Counted from the stretch's first letter, positions 25,814-38,840 are shown. The stretch is 64,000 nucleotides of DNA from Felis catus (GCF_018350175.1 NC_058368.1:157668001-157732000), one strand, 5' to 3'. Numbers and translations are program-made. Notes: a model not told the origin generated them from the letters alone.

Positions 25814-26707
25814 ATGACCAAGCGGAAGAATTCCCCTCAGAAGAATCTCCAGGAAATAACAACAGCTAATGAGCTGATCAAAAATGATTTAAATGATATA
25901 ACAGAAAGTGAATTTAGAATAATAGTCATAAAATTAATCGCTGGGCTTGAAAACAGTATACAGGACAGCAGAGAATCTCTTGCTACAGAGATCAAGGGAC
26001 TAAGGAACAGTCACGAGGAGCTGAAAAACGCTTTGAACGAAATGCATAACAAAATGGAAACCACCACAGCTCGGCTTGAAGAAGCAGAGGAGAGAATAGG
26101 TGAACTAGAAGATAAAGTTATGGAGAAAGAGGAAGCTGAGAAAAAGAGAGATAAAAAAATCCAGGAGTATGAGGGGAAAATTAGAGAACTAAGTGATACA
26201 CTAAAAAGAAATAATATACGCATAATTGGTATCCCAGAGGAGGAAGAGAGAGGGAAAGGTGCTGAAGGGGTACTTGAAGAAATAATAGCTGAGAACTTCC
26301 CTGAACTGGGGAAGGAAAAAGGCATTGAAATCCAAGAGGCACAGAGAACTCCCTTCAGACGTAACTTGAATCGATCTTCTGCACGACATATCATAGTGAA
26401 ACTGGCAAAATACAAGGATAAAGAGAAAATTCTGAAAGCAGCAAGGGGTAAACGTGCCCTCACATATAAAGGGAGACCTATAAGACTCGTGACTGATCTC
26501 TCTTTTGAAACTTGGCAGGCCAGAAAGAATTGGCACGAGATTTTCAGGGTGCTAGACAGAAAAAATATGCAGCCGAGAATCCTTTATCCAGCAAGTCTGT
26601 CATTTAGAATAGAAGGAGAGATAAAGGTCTTCCCAAACAAACAAAAACTGAAGGAATTTGTCACCACTAAACCAGCCCTACAAGAGATCCTAAGGGAGAC
26701 CCTGTGA
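25814..26707 (+). CDS. L1 ORF1p RNA-binding/chaperone protein, 297 aa, uninterrupted
   Basis: First ATG at 25814 ([10 protein letters not shown]...). Coiled-coil followed by [25 protein letters not shown] and YPASLS motifs. Stop TGA at 26705-26707. Confidence 0.95.
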   Translation: MTKRKNSPQKNLQEITTANELIKNDLNDITESEFRIIVIKLIAGLENSIQDSRESLATEIKGLRNSHEELKNALNEMHNKMETTTARLEEAEERIGELEDKVMEKEEAEKKRDKKIQEYEGKIRELSDTLKRNNIRIIGIPEEEERGKGAEGVLEEIIAENFPELGKEKGIEIQEAQRTPFRRNLNRSSARHIIVKLAKYKDKEKILKAARGKRALTYKGRPIRLVTDLSFETWQARKNWHEIFRVLDRKNMQPRILYPASLSFRIEGEIKVFPNKQKLKEFVTTKPALQEILRETL

Positions 26708-26757
26708 GACAAAGTCCCAGAGATATAACTACAAGCATAAAACATACAGACATCACA

Positions 26758-29700
26758 ATGACTCTAAACCCGTATCTTTCTATAATAACACTGAATGTAA
26801 ATGGATTAAATGCGCCAACCAAAAGACATAGGGTATCAGAATGGATAAAAAAACAAGACCCATCTATTTGCTGTCTACAAGAGACTCATTTTAGACCTGA
26901 GGACACCTTTAGATTGAGAGTGAGGGGATGGAGAACTATTTATCATGCGACTGGAAGCCAAAAGAAAGCTGGAGTAGCCATACTTATATCAGACAAACTA
27001 GACTTTAAATTAAAGGCTGTAACAAGAGATGAAGAAGGACATTATATAATAGTTACAGGGTCTATCCATCAGGAAGAGCTAACAATTATAAATGTCTATG
27101 CACCGAATACCGGAGCCCCCAAATATATAAGACAATTACTCATAAACATAAGCAACCTTATTGATAAGAATGTGGTAATTGCAGGGGACTTTAACACCCC
27201 ACTTACAGAAATGGACAGATCATCTAGACACACGGTCAATAAAGAAACAAGGGCCCTGAATGAGACATTGGATCAGATGGACTTGACAGATATATTTAGA
27301 ACTCTGCATCCCAAAGCAACAGAATATACTTTCTTCTCGAGTGCACATGGAACATTCTCCAAGATAGATCATATACTGGGTCACAAAACAGCCCTTCATA
27401 AGTTTACAAGAATTGAAATTATACCATGCATACTTTCAGACCACAATGCTATGAAGCTTGAAATCAACCACAGGAAAAAGTCTGGAAAACCTCCAAAGGC
27501 ATGGAGGTTAAAGAACACCCTACTAACGAATGAGTGGGTCAACCAGGCAATTAGAGAAGAAATTAAAAAATATATGGAAACAAACGAAAATGAAAATACA
27601 ACCATCCAAACGCTTTGGGACGCAGCGAAGGCAGTCCTGAGAGGAAAATACATTGCAATCCAGGCCTATCTCAAGAAACAAGAAAAATCCCAAATACAAA
27701 ATCTAACAGCACACCTAAAGGAACTAGAAGCAGAACAGCAAAGGCAGCCTAAACCCAGCAGAAGAAGAGAAATAATAAAGATCAGAGCAGAAATAAACAA
27801 TATAGAATCTAAAAAAACTGTAGAGCAGATCAACGAAACCAAGAGTTGGTTTTTTGAAAAAATAAACAAAATTGACAAGCCTCTAGCCAGGCTTCTCAAA
27901 AAGAAAAGGGAAATGACCCAAATAGATAAAATCATGAATGAAAATGGAATTATTACAACCAATCCTTCAGAGATACAAACAATTATCAGGGAATACTATG
28001 AAAAATTATATGCCAACAAATTGGACAACCTGGAAGAAATGGACAAATTCCTGAACACCCACACTCTTCCAAAACTCAACCAGGAGGAAATAGAAAGCTT
28101 GAACAGACCCATAACCAGCGAAGAAATTGAATCGGTTATCAAAACTCTCCCAACAAATAAGAGTCCAGGACCAGATGGCTTCCCAGGGGAGTTCTACCAG
28201 ACGTTTAAAGCAGAGATAATACCTACCCTTCTCAAGCTATTCCAAGAAATAGAAAGGGAAGGAAAACTTCCAGACTCATTCTATGAAGCCAGTATTACTT
28301 TGATTCCTAAACCAGACAGAGACCCAGTAAAAAAAGAGAACTACAGGCCAATATCCCTGATGAATATGGATGCAAAAATTCTCAATAAGATACTAGCAAA
28401 TCGAATTCAACGGCATAGAAAAAGAATTATTCACCATGATCAAGTGGGATTCATTCCTGGGATGCAGGGCTGGTTCAACATTCGCAAATCAATCAATGTG
28501 ATACATCACATTAACAAAAAAAAAAAAAGAGAAGAACCATATGATCCTGTCAATTGATGCAGAAAAGGCCTTTGACAAAATCCAGCACCCTTTCTTAATA
28601 AAAACCCTTGAGAAAGTCGGGATAGAAGGAACATACTTAAAGATCATAAAAGCCATTCATGAAAAGCCCACAGCTAACATCATCCTCAATGGGGAAAAAC
28701 TGAGAGCTTTTTCCCTGAGATCAGGAACACGACAAGGATGCCCACTCTCACCGCTGCTGTTTAACATAGTGCTGGAAGTTCTAGCATCAGCAATCAGACA
28801 ACAAAAGGAAATCAAAGGCATTAAAATTGGCAAAGATGAAGTCAAGCTTTCGCTTTTTGCAGATGACATGATATTATACATGGAAAATCCGATAGACTCC
28901 ACCAAAAGTCTACTAGAACTGATACATGAATTCAGCAAAGTTGCAGGATACAAGATCAATGTACAGAAATCAGTTGCATTCTTATACACTAACAATGAAG
29001 CAACAGAAAGACAAAGAAACTGATCCCATTCACAATTGCACCAAGAAGCATAAAATACCTAGGAATAAATCTAACCAAAGATGTAAAGGATCTGTATGCT
29101 GAAAACTATAGAAAGCTTATGAAGGAAATTGAAGAAGATTTAAAGAAATGGAAAGACATTCCCTGCTCATGGATTGGAAAAATAAATATTGTCAAAATGT
29201 CAATACTACTCAAAGCTATCTACGCATTCAATGCAATCCCAATCAAAATTGCACCAGCATTCTTCTCGAAACTAGAACAAGCAATCCTAAAATTCATATG
29301 GAACCACAAAAGGCCCCGAATAGCCAAAGGAATTTTGAAGAAGAAGACCAAAGCAGGAGGCATCACAATCCCAGACTTTAACCTCTACTACAAAGCTGTC
29401 ATCATCAAGACAGCGTGGTATTGGCACAAAAACAGACACATAGACCAATGGAATAGAATAGAAACCCCAGAACTAGAGCCACAAACGTATGGCCAACTCA
29501 TCTTTGACAAAGCAGGAAAGAACATCCAATGGAAAAAAGACAGCCTCTTTAACAAATGGTGCTGGGAGAACTGGACAGCAACATGCAGAAGGTTGAAACT
29601 AGACCACTTTCTCACACCATTCACAAAAATAAACTCAAAATGGATAAAGGACCTAAATGTGAGACAGGAAACCATCAAAACCTTAGAGGAGAAAGCAGGA

Positions 29701-30582
29701 AAAGACCTCTCTGACCTCAGCCGTAGCAATCTCTTACTCGACACATCCCCAAAGGCAAGGGAATTAAAAGCAAAAGTGAATTACTGGGACCTTATGAAGA
29801 TAAAAAGCTTCTGCACAGCAAAGGAAACAACCAACAAAACTAAAAGGCAACCAACGGAATGGGAAAAGATATTCGCAAATGACATATCGGACAAAGGGCT
29901 AGTATCCAAAATCTATAAAGAGCTCACCAAACTCCACACCCGAAAAACAAATAACCCAGTGAAGAAATGGGCAGAAAACATGAATAGACACTTCTCTAAA
30001 GAAGACATCCGGATGGCCAACAGGCACATGAAAAGATGTTCAGCGTCGCTCCTTATCAGGGAAATACAAATCAAAACCACACTCAGGTATCACCTCACGC
30101 CAGTCAGAGTGGCCAAAATGAACAAATCAGGAGACTCTAGATGCTGGAGAGGATGTGGAGAAACGGGAACCCTCTTGCACTGTTGGTGGGAATGCAAATT
30201 GGTGCAGCCGCTCTGGAAAGCAGTGTGGAGGTTCCTCAGAAAATTAAAAATAGACCTACCCTATGACCCAGCAATAGCACTGCTAGGAATTTATCCAAGG
30301 GATACAGGAGTACTGATGCATAGGGCCACTTGTACCCCAATGTTCATAGCAGCACTCTCAACAATAGCCAAATTATGGAAAGAGCCTAAATGTCCATCAA
30401 CTGATGAATGGATAAAGAAATTGTGGTTTATATACACAATGGAGTACTACGTGGCAATGAGAAAGAATGAAATATGGCCTTTTGTAGCAACGTGGATGGA
30501 ACTGGAGAGTGTGATGCTAAGTGAAATAAGCCATACAGAGAAAGACAGATACCATATGGTTTCACTCTTATGTGGACCCTGA
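26758..30582 (+). pseudogene. L1 ORF2p (endonuclease / reverse transcriptase / Cys-rich domain) disrupted by two frameshifts
   Basis: ATG at 26758 ([18 protein letters not shown]). EN motifs CCLQETH, GDFN, SKIDH and SDHN; RT motifs QGCPLSP and FADDM; C-terminal CWRGC-x7-H-x4-C. Split into three ORFs at the A13 run 28516-28528 and at about 29013. Total span 3825 nt = 1274 codons plus stop. Confidence 0.95.
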
Positions 30583-30847
30583 GAAATTAACAGGAACCCA
30601 TGGGGTAGGGGAAGGAAAAAAAAAACAGGTTAGAGTGGGAGAGAGCCAAAGCATAAGAGACTCTTAAAAACTGAGAACAAACTGAGGGTTGATGGGGGGT
30701 GGGAGGGAGGAGAGGGTGGGTGATGGGTATTGAGGAGGGCACCTTTTGGGATGAGCACTGGGTGTTGTATGGAAACCAATTTGTCAATAAATTTCATATA
30801 AAAAAAAATAGAGAAAGCAGTCCTAGGGTTTAAAATGAGATCTCCAT

Positions 30848-31021
30848 GGGGTGCCTGGGTGGCTCAGTTGGTTGAGCAGCCAGGTCATGATCTTGTAGTT
30901 CATGAATTCAAGCCCCACATTGGACTTGCTGCTGTCAGCACAGAGCTCACTTCAGATCCTCTGTCCTCCTCTCTCTGCCCCTCCATGCCTCTCAAAAATA
31001 AATAGACATTAAAAAAATAAA
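30848..31021 (+). mobile_element. Older CAN-SINE immediately 3' of the full-length L1
   Basis: GGGGTGCCTGGGTGGCTCAG head and A-rich tail. Degenerate TSD TAAAATGAGATCTCCA / TAAAATGAGCTGTCCA at 30831-30846 and 31022-31037. Confidence 0.9.
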
Positions 31022-33301
31022 TAAAATGAGCTGTCCACACAGAAGAGGACAAAGGAAGATAATAGACAAGACCAAGGTGATAGAAGCAGAACCAAGCCAC
31101 TGGCCTGATCATTTCTGCTGAATAACTGTCATAACTGTTATAACTCATGCTAGTGCTTTGAGCAGGGCAGTGGCACTGACCCCCATTATAGCTGGCAAGA
31201 GCATGCAGCTCTTGGGGAATGTTCCTACCAATGGATGCCTGTTGGCAGTCTTTTGCATGTGTTCATGCAGATGAGTCACACACATTACTGGAATTACCCA
31301 GGACACTTAAAAAATTACAATTTCCTGTGCCCTCTTACCTGATATTCCAATCCTGTAAGTTTGAGATAGGACTCTGGAAAGATTCTTGGAGACTTTCCTC
31401 TAACTGAGCTTTTACAAAGAAATCATCTATCTTGAATGAATGGGGAAGCTCTTTACTATTAGCCCTTATTGAATTAGTTATATCTGCAGCAAAGTTCATG
31501 GAGGACACCCAGGTCTTTATCAGGATTTCCAACTAGCCCAGGTTCTTCTTAAGTCACCTGGAATTTCTCAGATGTGAACTGATGGGCCGTGTGAGGGGTA
31601 GAAGTGCCTGATTACCTCATCTTCCCAGGATCCTCTTTGCAGGATCAGCTTTTTTTTTTTTGTCAAAGTCCTCCCCTGGCTTGGAAGTAGATCATTGGCT
31701 TACTCTTTATTGTCCTGGACCTGGCATAAGACCTACCATACACAGGTTGTATCTGGTGTGCTAGATGTGAGTTCTGTGTGACCTCTCTATTGGAGCCTCT
31801 TCTTCCTCTTACATGCTGACTTCTGCCTCAGTTTATCAGAGTAACTTTCCAATTCTTCATTTAATCTGCAGCCTACCATGTGTCTTAGTCTACTACCCTG
31901 GACACCTGCCTTAGTTCCTGGCTCTTTCTTGACTCTTCTCCTGTGGCCTATTCTCTGGACTTCTACTGACTAATCCTACAGTGCATGGAGTGGAGTATCT
32001 TGTGGGGCTAGCAGTATATCCCAGATGTGAACTGCCTTGTTTGGAAGGTGGCTCAAGCAACTTCTAGCTGGATATAGTTTGCACAAGTGACCTAACCATT
32101 CTTTGGTTTCTTTACTTTACTTTCTTCATCTTTCTTATCTTAGTTTCTTCCTGTAAAGCAGAGAAATAATAGTATCTGCCTCACAGAATTGTAAGGATTA
32201 AATGAGGCAACACATGTAAAATGTTTAGAAAGTATTTAATAAGTGGAAGCTACTCTCATGATTATTACTGGCTTACCTGGAGCTGTGAAACCATTGCCTG
32301 CTTGATTACAAATTTTGTCTGCTTGCTACATGGAGTTGAGTTCACCACATCCTTTGGACATCCTACTGTGCTGCCCAGTGCACATCCTATTATGTTGCCC
32401 AGTACACAAGTTCCCAGCTGTTTATTCTCCCCTGTTCCCTGCAGTGTCAGCGGCATTTCTGGAGACCCTGTGAAACTCTTGCTCAACCAGCCTCATTTAT
32501 GACAATTCATCCTCTTCAGTTTTCTTGCCTTTTTTTGACTGAATCGCCCAAGTTCCTTCAACTTCATTTGCTTTAATTTCCAATCACTCAGTCATCTTTT
32601 TGCCTCCATTTTAAGCCTTTTCCAAATTATTTTCTCACTTAGGTGCTTAAACCAAGTATGGTTTACAGAAGCTACAAACTAGGCTGAGGATTCAAAGATT
32701 GCCTTGGGGTCTCTATATGCTCTCCTTGATTCTCCATTCACGATTGTGCTAACAGGTTGAACCTCAGCATGCAGCTCTTCTTTGGCTTCTAACATGCTCT
32801 CTCTCACTCTCACCAAAAACTTTCTGTGTTTTGTTACATTATTTTGCAAAAATTAATAAGATCTCAAGAAACTGCTGATCTATTATGGAGAGCTTAGTGG
32901 TAGACTGCCTCTTTTGCGGTGGTGAAAGTAAGGAAATAATGATGGGAAAAGAAGAGAAAGAATATTGCTATTTATTCAGTAAATATTTAATTAGTACCTA
33001 TTTTGTACCAGGCATTAGTCTAGGTATTTAAGAGAATATGAATGAATAAAACAGACACAGATCTAACTCATGGAAATTCTCCATCAAAGGTGGACACAAA
33101 ATCAATAGTTGTATTTTAATCAAAAAATATTTTTATTCAGATTAAGAAGTTTTAGAGTTTAAACAGATCAAGGATTCAAAATTATGACATTTAATAACAT
33201 GCTTGGCAAAATTTGGATATGATTAGTGATATTTGAATTAGTAAACAACAAATATAATGAATTGATAATAATCAGCTTTTACCTTGATATTTTTGTTTTC
33301 T

Positions 33302-33531
33302 GTTTTTTTTTTTTAATTTTTTTTTCAACATTTATTTATTTTTTGGGGGACAGAGAGAGACAGAGCATGAACGGGCGAGGGGCAGAGAGAGAGGGAGACA
33401 CAGAATCGGAAACAGGCTCCAGGCTCTGAGCCATCAGCCCAGAGCCCGACGCGGGGCTCGAACTCACGGACCGCGAGATCCTGACCTGGCTGAAGTCGGA
33501 CGCTTAACCGACTGCGCCACCCAGGCGCCCC
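33302..33531 (-). mobile_element. Young CAN-SINE (SINEC_Fc-type) inserted in the tail of an older SINE
   Basis: CpG-intact body ending ...GCGCCACCCAGGCGCCCC, flanked by TGTTTTTT on both sides. Confidence 0.95.
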
Positions 33532-33532
33532 G

Positions 33533-33672
33533 TGTTTTTTGTTTTTGTTTTTAAATAGGCTTCATGCCCAGTATGGAGCCCATCACGGGACTTGAACTCT
33601 TTACTGTCAGATCATGACCTGAGCTGAGATCAAGAGTCAGATGCTCAACCGACTGAGATACCCAGGAGCCTC
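33533..33672 (-). mobile_element. Older short CAN-SINE (host of the previous copy)
   Basis: SINE head and body lacking the CT tract. Outer TSD ACCTTGATATTTTT at 33281-33294 and 33673-33686 encloses both SINEs. Confidence 0.88.
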
Positions 33673-35355
33673 ACCTTGATATTTTTCACATTTCCAAAAG
33701 CTGAGCTGAATAATGAAAGTCACACAACATTATCCTGGTGATCTAGAATCTTCTAGAAAATGTTGATGTGGCTCTGAGGCTCCATGAGGGCAAAATTTAC
33801 AAATACTGTTTGAGAGTGATTAGTCATCTTCTAAGAGGTATTGGCAATATTTTGGATTAAAAAAAATCAGATCTTTATGTATTATGATTTTCTGAGTAGT
33901 AGCAGAGGTGATGTCCCTGTCTGAAAAGAGTTAAGGGTGATGGTGGCAAGAGCAGTGAGAGGGCAGGTGTGACAGTGGCTTAAATATCATGTTCTCCACA
34001 CGTCTGTGCAAGGTTGTCTGGTGGGTGTTAGGGTTATTTCAGGACATTCTGGGGGCAGAGAAATGACAGAAGATATAGAAAAGGGAGGGTATTTTTCCTC
34101 CAGACTTTAAAAATAGAAATCACATGGGAAGAGTCACATCTTAATTTTTTATAAACTAACATTTTAATATCATGGAAAAGAAAATTACATAAAATCCTGT
34201 TTTAAAATGGTTCTGATATTTTAGTATATTTAAATTGCATGTTAAAATATTTAAAAAAAATAAGGCACAGCTCTTAAAAGAATTAGAGTGGAAATTTAGA
34301 AATTCAGAGCTAATTCAAAGATCTGTATTTGAAAATCTAGCCTGTTTCCAGCATTTTCCCAAGACCCTGTGAATACAAAAGTTGCCTAAGACACATCTCT
34401 AGTTCTCAAAGAACTCACAATATAGTAGAGAGTGAGGGTGACACACACAACACCAAATGAACACTATTCAATGTGGTAGGTGGTCTATCAGGTTAGATCT
34501 CCTCAAATTACCATGGGAGGAAGGTGGGCTGTTTCTGGGAAATTTTATTATCAAGTTTTCTTTCCTTCTCTTTTTACCCTTGTGCTTCTGTGATCTTATG
34601 GTTAACTGTACGTAGCAAGTCATCTCAAATCCTTTGATAAGTAAAAAATGTTCTTAATCAATAAAGATAATCCTCTGATAAAGCTAAATTTGGATACAAA
34701 ATCTGACATGAGATCAAAGAGTCATCTTAAACCATTACCTATAAAACATCCTTCAAACAAATAGGTTGTTCAGAAAAAGTCTCAGAGTGAATTTGCTGGA
34801 GGGTTTGTCAAAGGTCATGTCGTTTCCTGATTCGAAGAGATTATCACTGGGTGATGTCCTTACATTCATCGGTCTCTTGTTCTTTTTTACTCTGGTTAAG
34901 GATCACAAAGAATCTGACCAAGATTGGGAAGAGAGAGCAACTGTGAAGAAGGAGGATTCTTCAGATAGAAAGACAGGTGTAATTATAGTTGTAGGGGATG
35001 TTAGGAGGGGAGTATTGAGCCCTGACTAGGTAGTTAGGAAGGAGATGGGTAAAAACTTGGATCCTGTGTCTGATCCCAGGGAGCAGGTTTAAGAGGTAAG
35101 TTTTCACTTAGTAGCTCTGAAGTACAATCGGATGAGTGTAGTCCAAATGTTTCCAATTCTAAAAGTCAAGTCAGGGAAAAATTTTCTTTGAGCCTGAGAA
35201 GCAACAGTGCATTAAATTAAACAGGTAGTGGCAGGAATCAAAGGATCACATGATGGAAGGCACCGATTTATTTCCATGGGTTTGCTTTCTTTAAATTTTA
35301 TTTTATGTAGTTTTAAAACTATATTTTGAGTTGTTTATAGTTAGCAATGTTAATA

Positions 35356-36148
35356 TGATAGGGAAAGATAGGATTCAGTAGGCAGAGAGGGAAAGATTAT
35401 GACATGAGGTCCCTGGGTTGGGAAAAACATGTATTTTGGAACAATGCTGGACATGACTGAGCATAGCAAACCCTCTCAGGTGTAAGGTTCCTCTTAAGAA
35501 TGTAACACACCCAGGGGCACCTGGTTGGCTCTGTAGGTTAAGTGTCCTACTTCCACTCAGGTCATGATCTAGTGGTTCCTGAGTTCCAGGCCCGCGTGGG
35601 GCTCTGTGCTGACAGCTCGGAGCCTGGAGCCTGCTTGAGATTCTGTGTCTTCCCCTCTCTCTGCCCCTCCCATGCTCATACTCTGTCTCTCTCTGTCTCT
35701 CAATAGTAAATAAAGGTTAAAAAAAAAAAAAAAGAATGCAACAGACCCCACCTACTCCCCCTCAGGTTTCCCTCAGAAATTTAACAAAAGACCTAAAGGT
35801 GGCCACAGGCTACCCATCATACAATGGAATTGAGCCAATCAGAAATGGACCACCCAGCACCTAGAGCTATCAAATCAATAAGGGTAGAACCTGAGAAGGA
35901 ACAAGGGGGAAGGGACAAGGCGGGGATGACCAGAACCTTATAAAACAAAGACCCCTGCCTATAGTCAGCAAGCGTTCACTTTGGAATGTCTATTCTCTGT
36001 AAAGAGAGCTTTCCTACTATTCTTACTTTCTAATCTTGTACTCTAATAAACTTTTGCCTGCTGCTTATTTTATTTTGTGTCCACCTCTTCATTCTTCCAA
36101 AAGGTGAGGCAACGAATCCTAGGTTTTGTGGTAAACAATCCTGCAACA
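35356..36148 (+). mobile_element. Probable endogenous retrovirus solo LTR with a nested SINE
   Basis: TG...CA termini. CCAAT (35835-35839), TATAAAA (35939-35945) and AATAAA (36045-36050) in U3-R-U5 order. About 560 bp without the SINE. No clean TSD found, so the left boundary is uncertain. Confidence 0.72.
35514..35731 (+). mobile_element. CAN-SINE nested in the LTR
   Basis: GGGGCACCTGG head and A-tail. TSD AAGAATG(T/C)AACA(C/G)ACCC at 35496-35512 and 35732-35748. Confidence 0.93.
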
Positions 36149-38149
36149 GTGATAAGTAGTTTTCTATTTGTGTTGTTACATTAGTGAAAGCTGCTTTTAT
36201 ACAAAAAGGAAAACTGACTCAATGGTATGCTAAACAATCTGAGAGACTTGTCTGGTGAAAACTAGCTGGAATACATAATATAATCAAGGACTACATTGTG
36301 TCCCCTAGTGTCAACAACACAAATTGCAAGCACAGTGATCCTGCCCAAGAAGAATTAACCAGACTTGCAAATCCTCCTGAGTAACAGTAAACAGCATCAT
36401 GGTAGAGATTGGCCAGCAACCACTGTAAATTAAAAGTGGAGCATACTACATTGTCGTTGATTACTCCTATATCCCCCATTTAGTGATAAATTTTGTGAGT
36501 GCAGGGACTGTATTAGACTTACTTAATGTTGAACTTCTAGAACTCGAAGTATGTGATGCATAGTTGGTATTTGAGAAAAATTATTAAATATATGGGAAAC
36601 TAGGGTGAAGAGTGAGGAGGGAAGCAAAAAAGGGATGTACAAGGACCTCAAAATTGAAACTAAATTTATTTTCCATATTTGCATAGAATCCTCCTTGTCT
36701 TTTCCTATGAGTCATAGATAGTTTACTTCATCTAAAAGGGCTTATTAGGTACTTACGTTTAGTTTCCAAAATATAGATTTGCCTTTTCATCGACAGCATG
36801 TTTCTTAACAACAATGGTAGTAATTTTGTAGATTCTTTGCAGTCTTAGAATTAAGATTTCAGGGCCAATATGTGATATCTCCAACCAAACTGTATTTTCT
36901 GTCGCCTAAAATGTGCCAAATCAAATAGACTGTAGTTTCCAGGGAATCCTTGACATGTAGGCCCATCTATTTTATAGAGTGGGTAATGTATCCCCTTTAT
37001 AAAAGTGCCTATTTAATTCATCTGAATTAAGTGAGAACAACAAACAGAAGGGTTTTAACCACAGAGATAAAGTAACTCTGAATTGCAAAGCCAAGAATGA
37101 GTGCAAGTTAATGGATTTGCATTAGGAAAGGCTTAGGTGAGCCCATTAAAGCAGACAACTACAAAAATACAAAGTGGGATCTTACAAAGAATCTTCTTCA
37201 TAAGGTTTTAGGATTAGTGCTTTGAAAATATGATAGCACACAGAAAAATAGCATTAGAAACTGAAAAAAACCATTTTCTAAAGGAGCCATTCTCAGCCAG
37301 AGTGCAAAAGACGCCTTTCAGCTGGAGTGGCTTTTCCCATTGCCTGGTGCCAGGTTGCTGTAGCATTGGCAGGCAGCTTCACACAGCTCCTTTCCTTCAG
37401 GAGTGCCAGCAAGGAGAAGCTTGCAGAGCATGTCTGCACAGGAGACCAGAAAACTCAGGTTCCTTTAAGTCTAAATAAGGAGATTGTTTATAAGATTCCT
37501 CCTTAGTCAATCCTTGATGACTTTAGAGACGGTAGCCCTGTTGGTTTCATTATGTGATTTAAAAGAATATATTGAAGAAAATGTCAGTAGGACCCTATGA
37601 CTGACTATACACATTATACCACAAGGTCAAGTTTTCTCATCCTTGGTCATCATTAGTCTATTTTGTATAATATTGCTAGTCAGACTCCTTAGGTCATCTT
37701 AGAATTTCAGTGAACAATTCTAGACATCCAAGAAACATTTTTTTTATAAAGGTACTATTTTTTTAATAGTGAGCATATGAAAATAAAAATAGTTTGACCA
37801 TCACCTCTTGGTGGCAAAGGTACAACATTTTTAGACAGTAAATAAACAGAAGGTTGTTTTAAGGAGTAGTAAACCCAGGCAAGGAGACAGTCTGAAGATA
37901 AATGCAAGACCAGGAGGGAAGATAGAAATGGAGAAGAATATCCTCCTGTGTGGGATATCCTCCAACCCTGTGACTCCAAGCATAGTATGTGGGCCAGGGA
38001 TATCTGCAATAATATCTGGTGAACCCAGGTCACCCCTTCCCCTTAGACTGAATCAGAATGTCACTGTTAAAAGGATTCCCAAGGTGGTTTATAGACCTAG
38101 AGCTCAGCTCTAGGAGTCCTGAGAGTCAGGGTTCTGAGTATTTCTACAA

Positions 38150-38342
38150 TTGCTAGGGCTTTCCAACTTTTGTATTTATGAGAAACACCTAGGGAAGTTA
38201 AAAAGGCAAGTTCAGGGCCCTGATCAAAGAGGTTCTGATTCTGTTGACTTGTGTGGTACCCGGAAAATTTGTATTTCTAACAAATTTCCCAGGGATTCCA
38301 GCCCAGATGGTCACTGGGACACACTTTAAGGAACCTCTGCTA
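38150..38342. mobile_element. MER5-like hAT-Charlie MITE
   Basis: AGAGGTTCTGATTC..TGTATTTCTAACAAATTTCCCAGGGATTC..ACACTTTAAGGAACCTCTG; internally quasi-palindromic. Confidence 0.7.
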
Positions 38343-38619
38343 CTGATATGAAGATCTGGCAAAGGAAGGCTAAGCCTACTAAATGCAATCTAGTGAAGCA
38401 ATAGGTCATAAAAGGCTTCCTGTCCAGGAATAGTGTAATGGAGTTCTGTGTCAGAGACATGAAAACTGGTCATAGGACCCAAGGCCTCATCTTCCTAGCT
38501 TTATCTGTGTTCTAGTCATACTGAGCTCTTTGCTTTTTCCCAAAACTCACTAAGCACTTCACCACCTCAGTCTTGGCCATGCTATTTTCTCTGCACAGGT
38601 TTCAGCGTCTGCAATGCTG

Positions 38620-38840
38620 TTTGGATTCTAGCTTAAGGCATGTACTAGTTTGATGACCTCAGGCAAGTGATTCACAGTCTCTGACACTCAGTGTCTTCGT
38701 GTATAAAATGGGTAATGTAGTACCTGTCTTATGGGGTTATTGTGACAGTCACAAGAGAAATGGCTTGTGTAAAATATATAGCACAGTGCATAGAATTTAG
38801 CAGACTTTAGCAGACTAAATTATCACTACTGTTGTTACTC
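38620..38840 (+). mobile_element. MIR SINE
   Basis: GACCTCAGGCAAGTGATT...GTATAAAATGGGTAAT...AGCACAGTGC. Confidence 0.7.

Larger units (their letters stand above)
24889..30809 (+). mobile_element. Full-length young LINE-1 (L1_Fc-type), about 5.9 kb
   Basis: GC/CpG-rich 5'UTR, ORF1, 50-bp spacer, ORF2 (EN-RT-Cys), G-rich 3'UTR, AATAAA and A-tail. Flanked by identical direct repeats AGAGAAAGCAGTCCTAG at 24872-24888 and 30810-30826. The site TT/AGAG resembles the L1 endonuclease target TT/AAAA. Confidence 0.98.

Noticed and set aside
26011..29744. Minus-strand ORFs of 85-150 aa inside L1 ORF1/ORF2
   Set aside because: Antisense shadows of A-rich L1 coding sequence, giving low-complexity S/F/L-rich translations.
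30827..31037. SINE right after the L1 tail as a possible 3' transduction
   Set aside because: The L1 TSD closes immediately after the A-tail (30810-30826), and the SINE has its own older, degenerate TSD.
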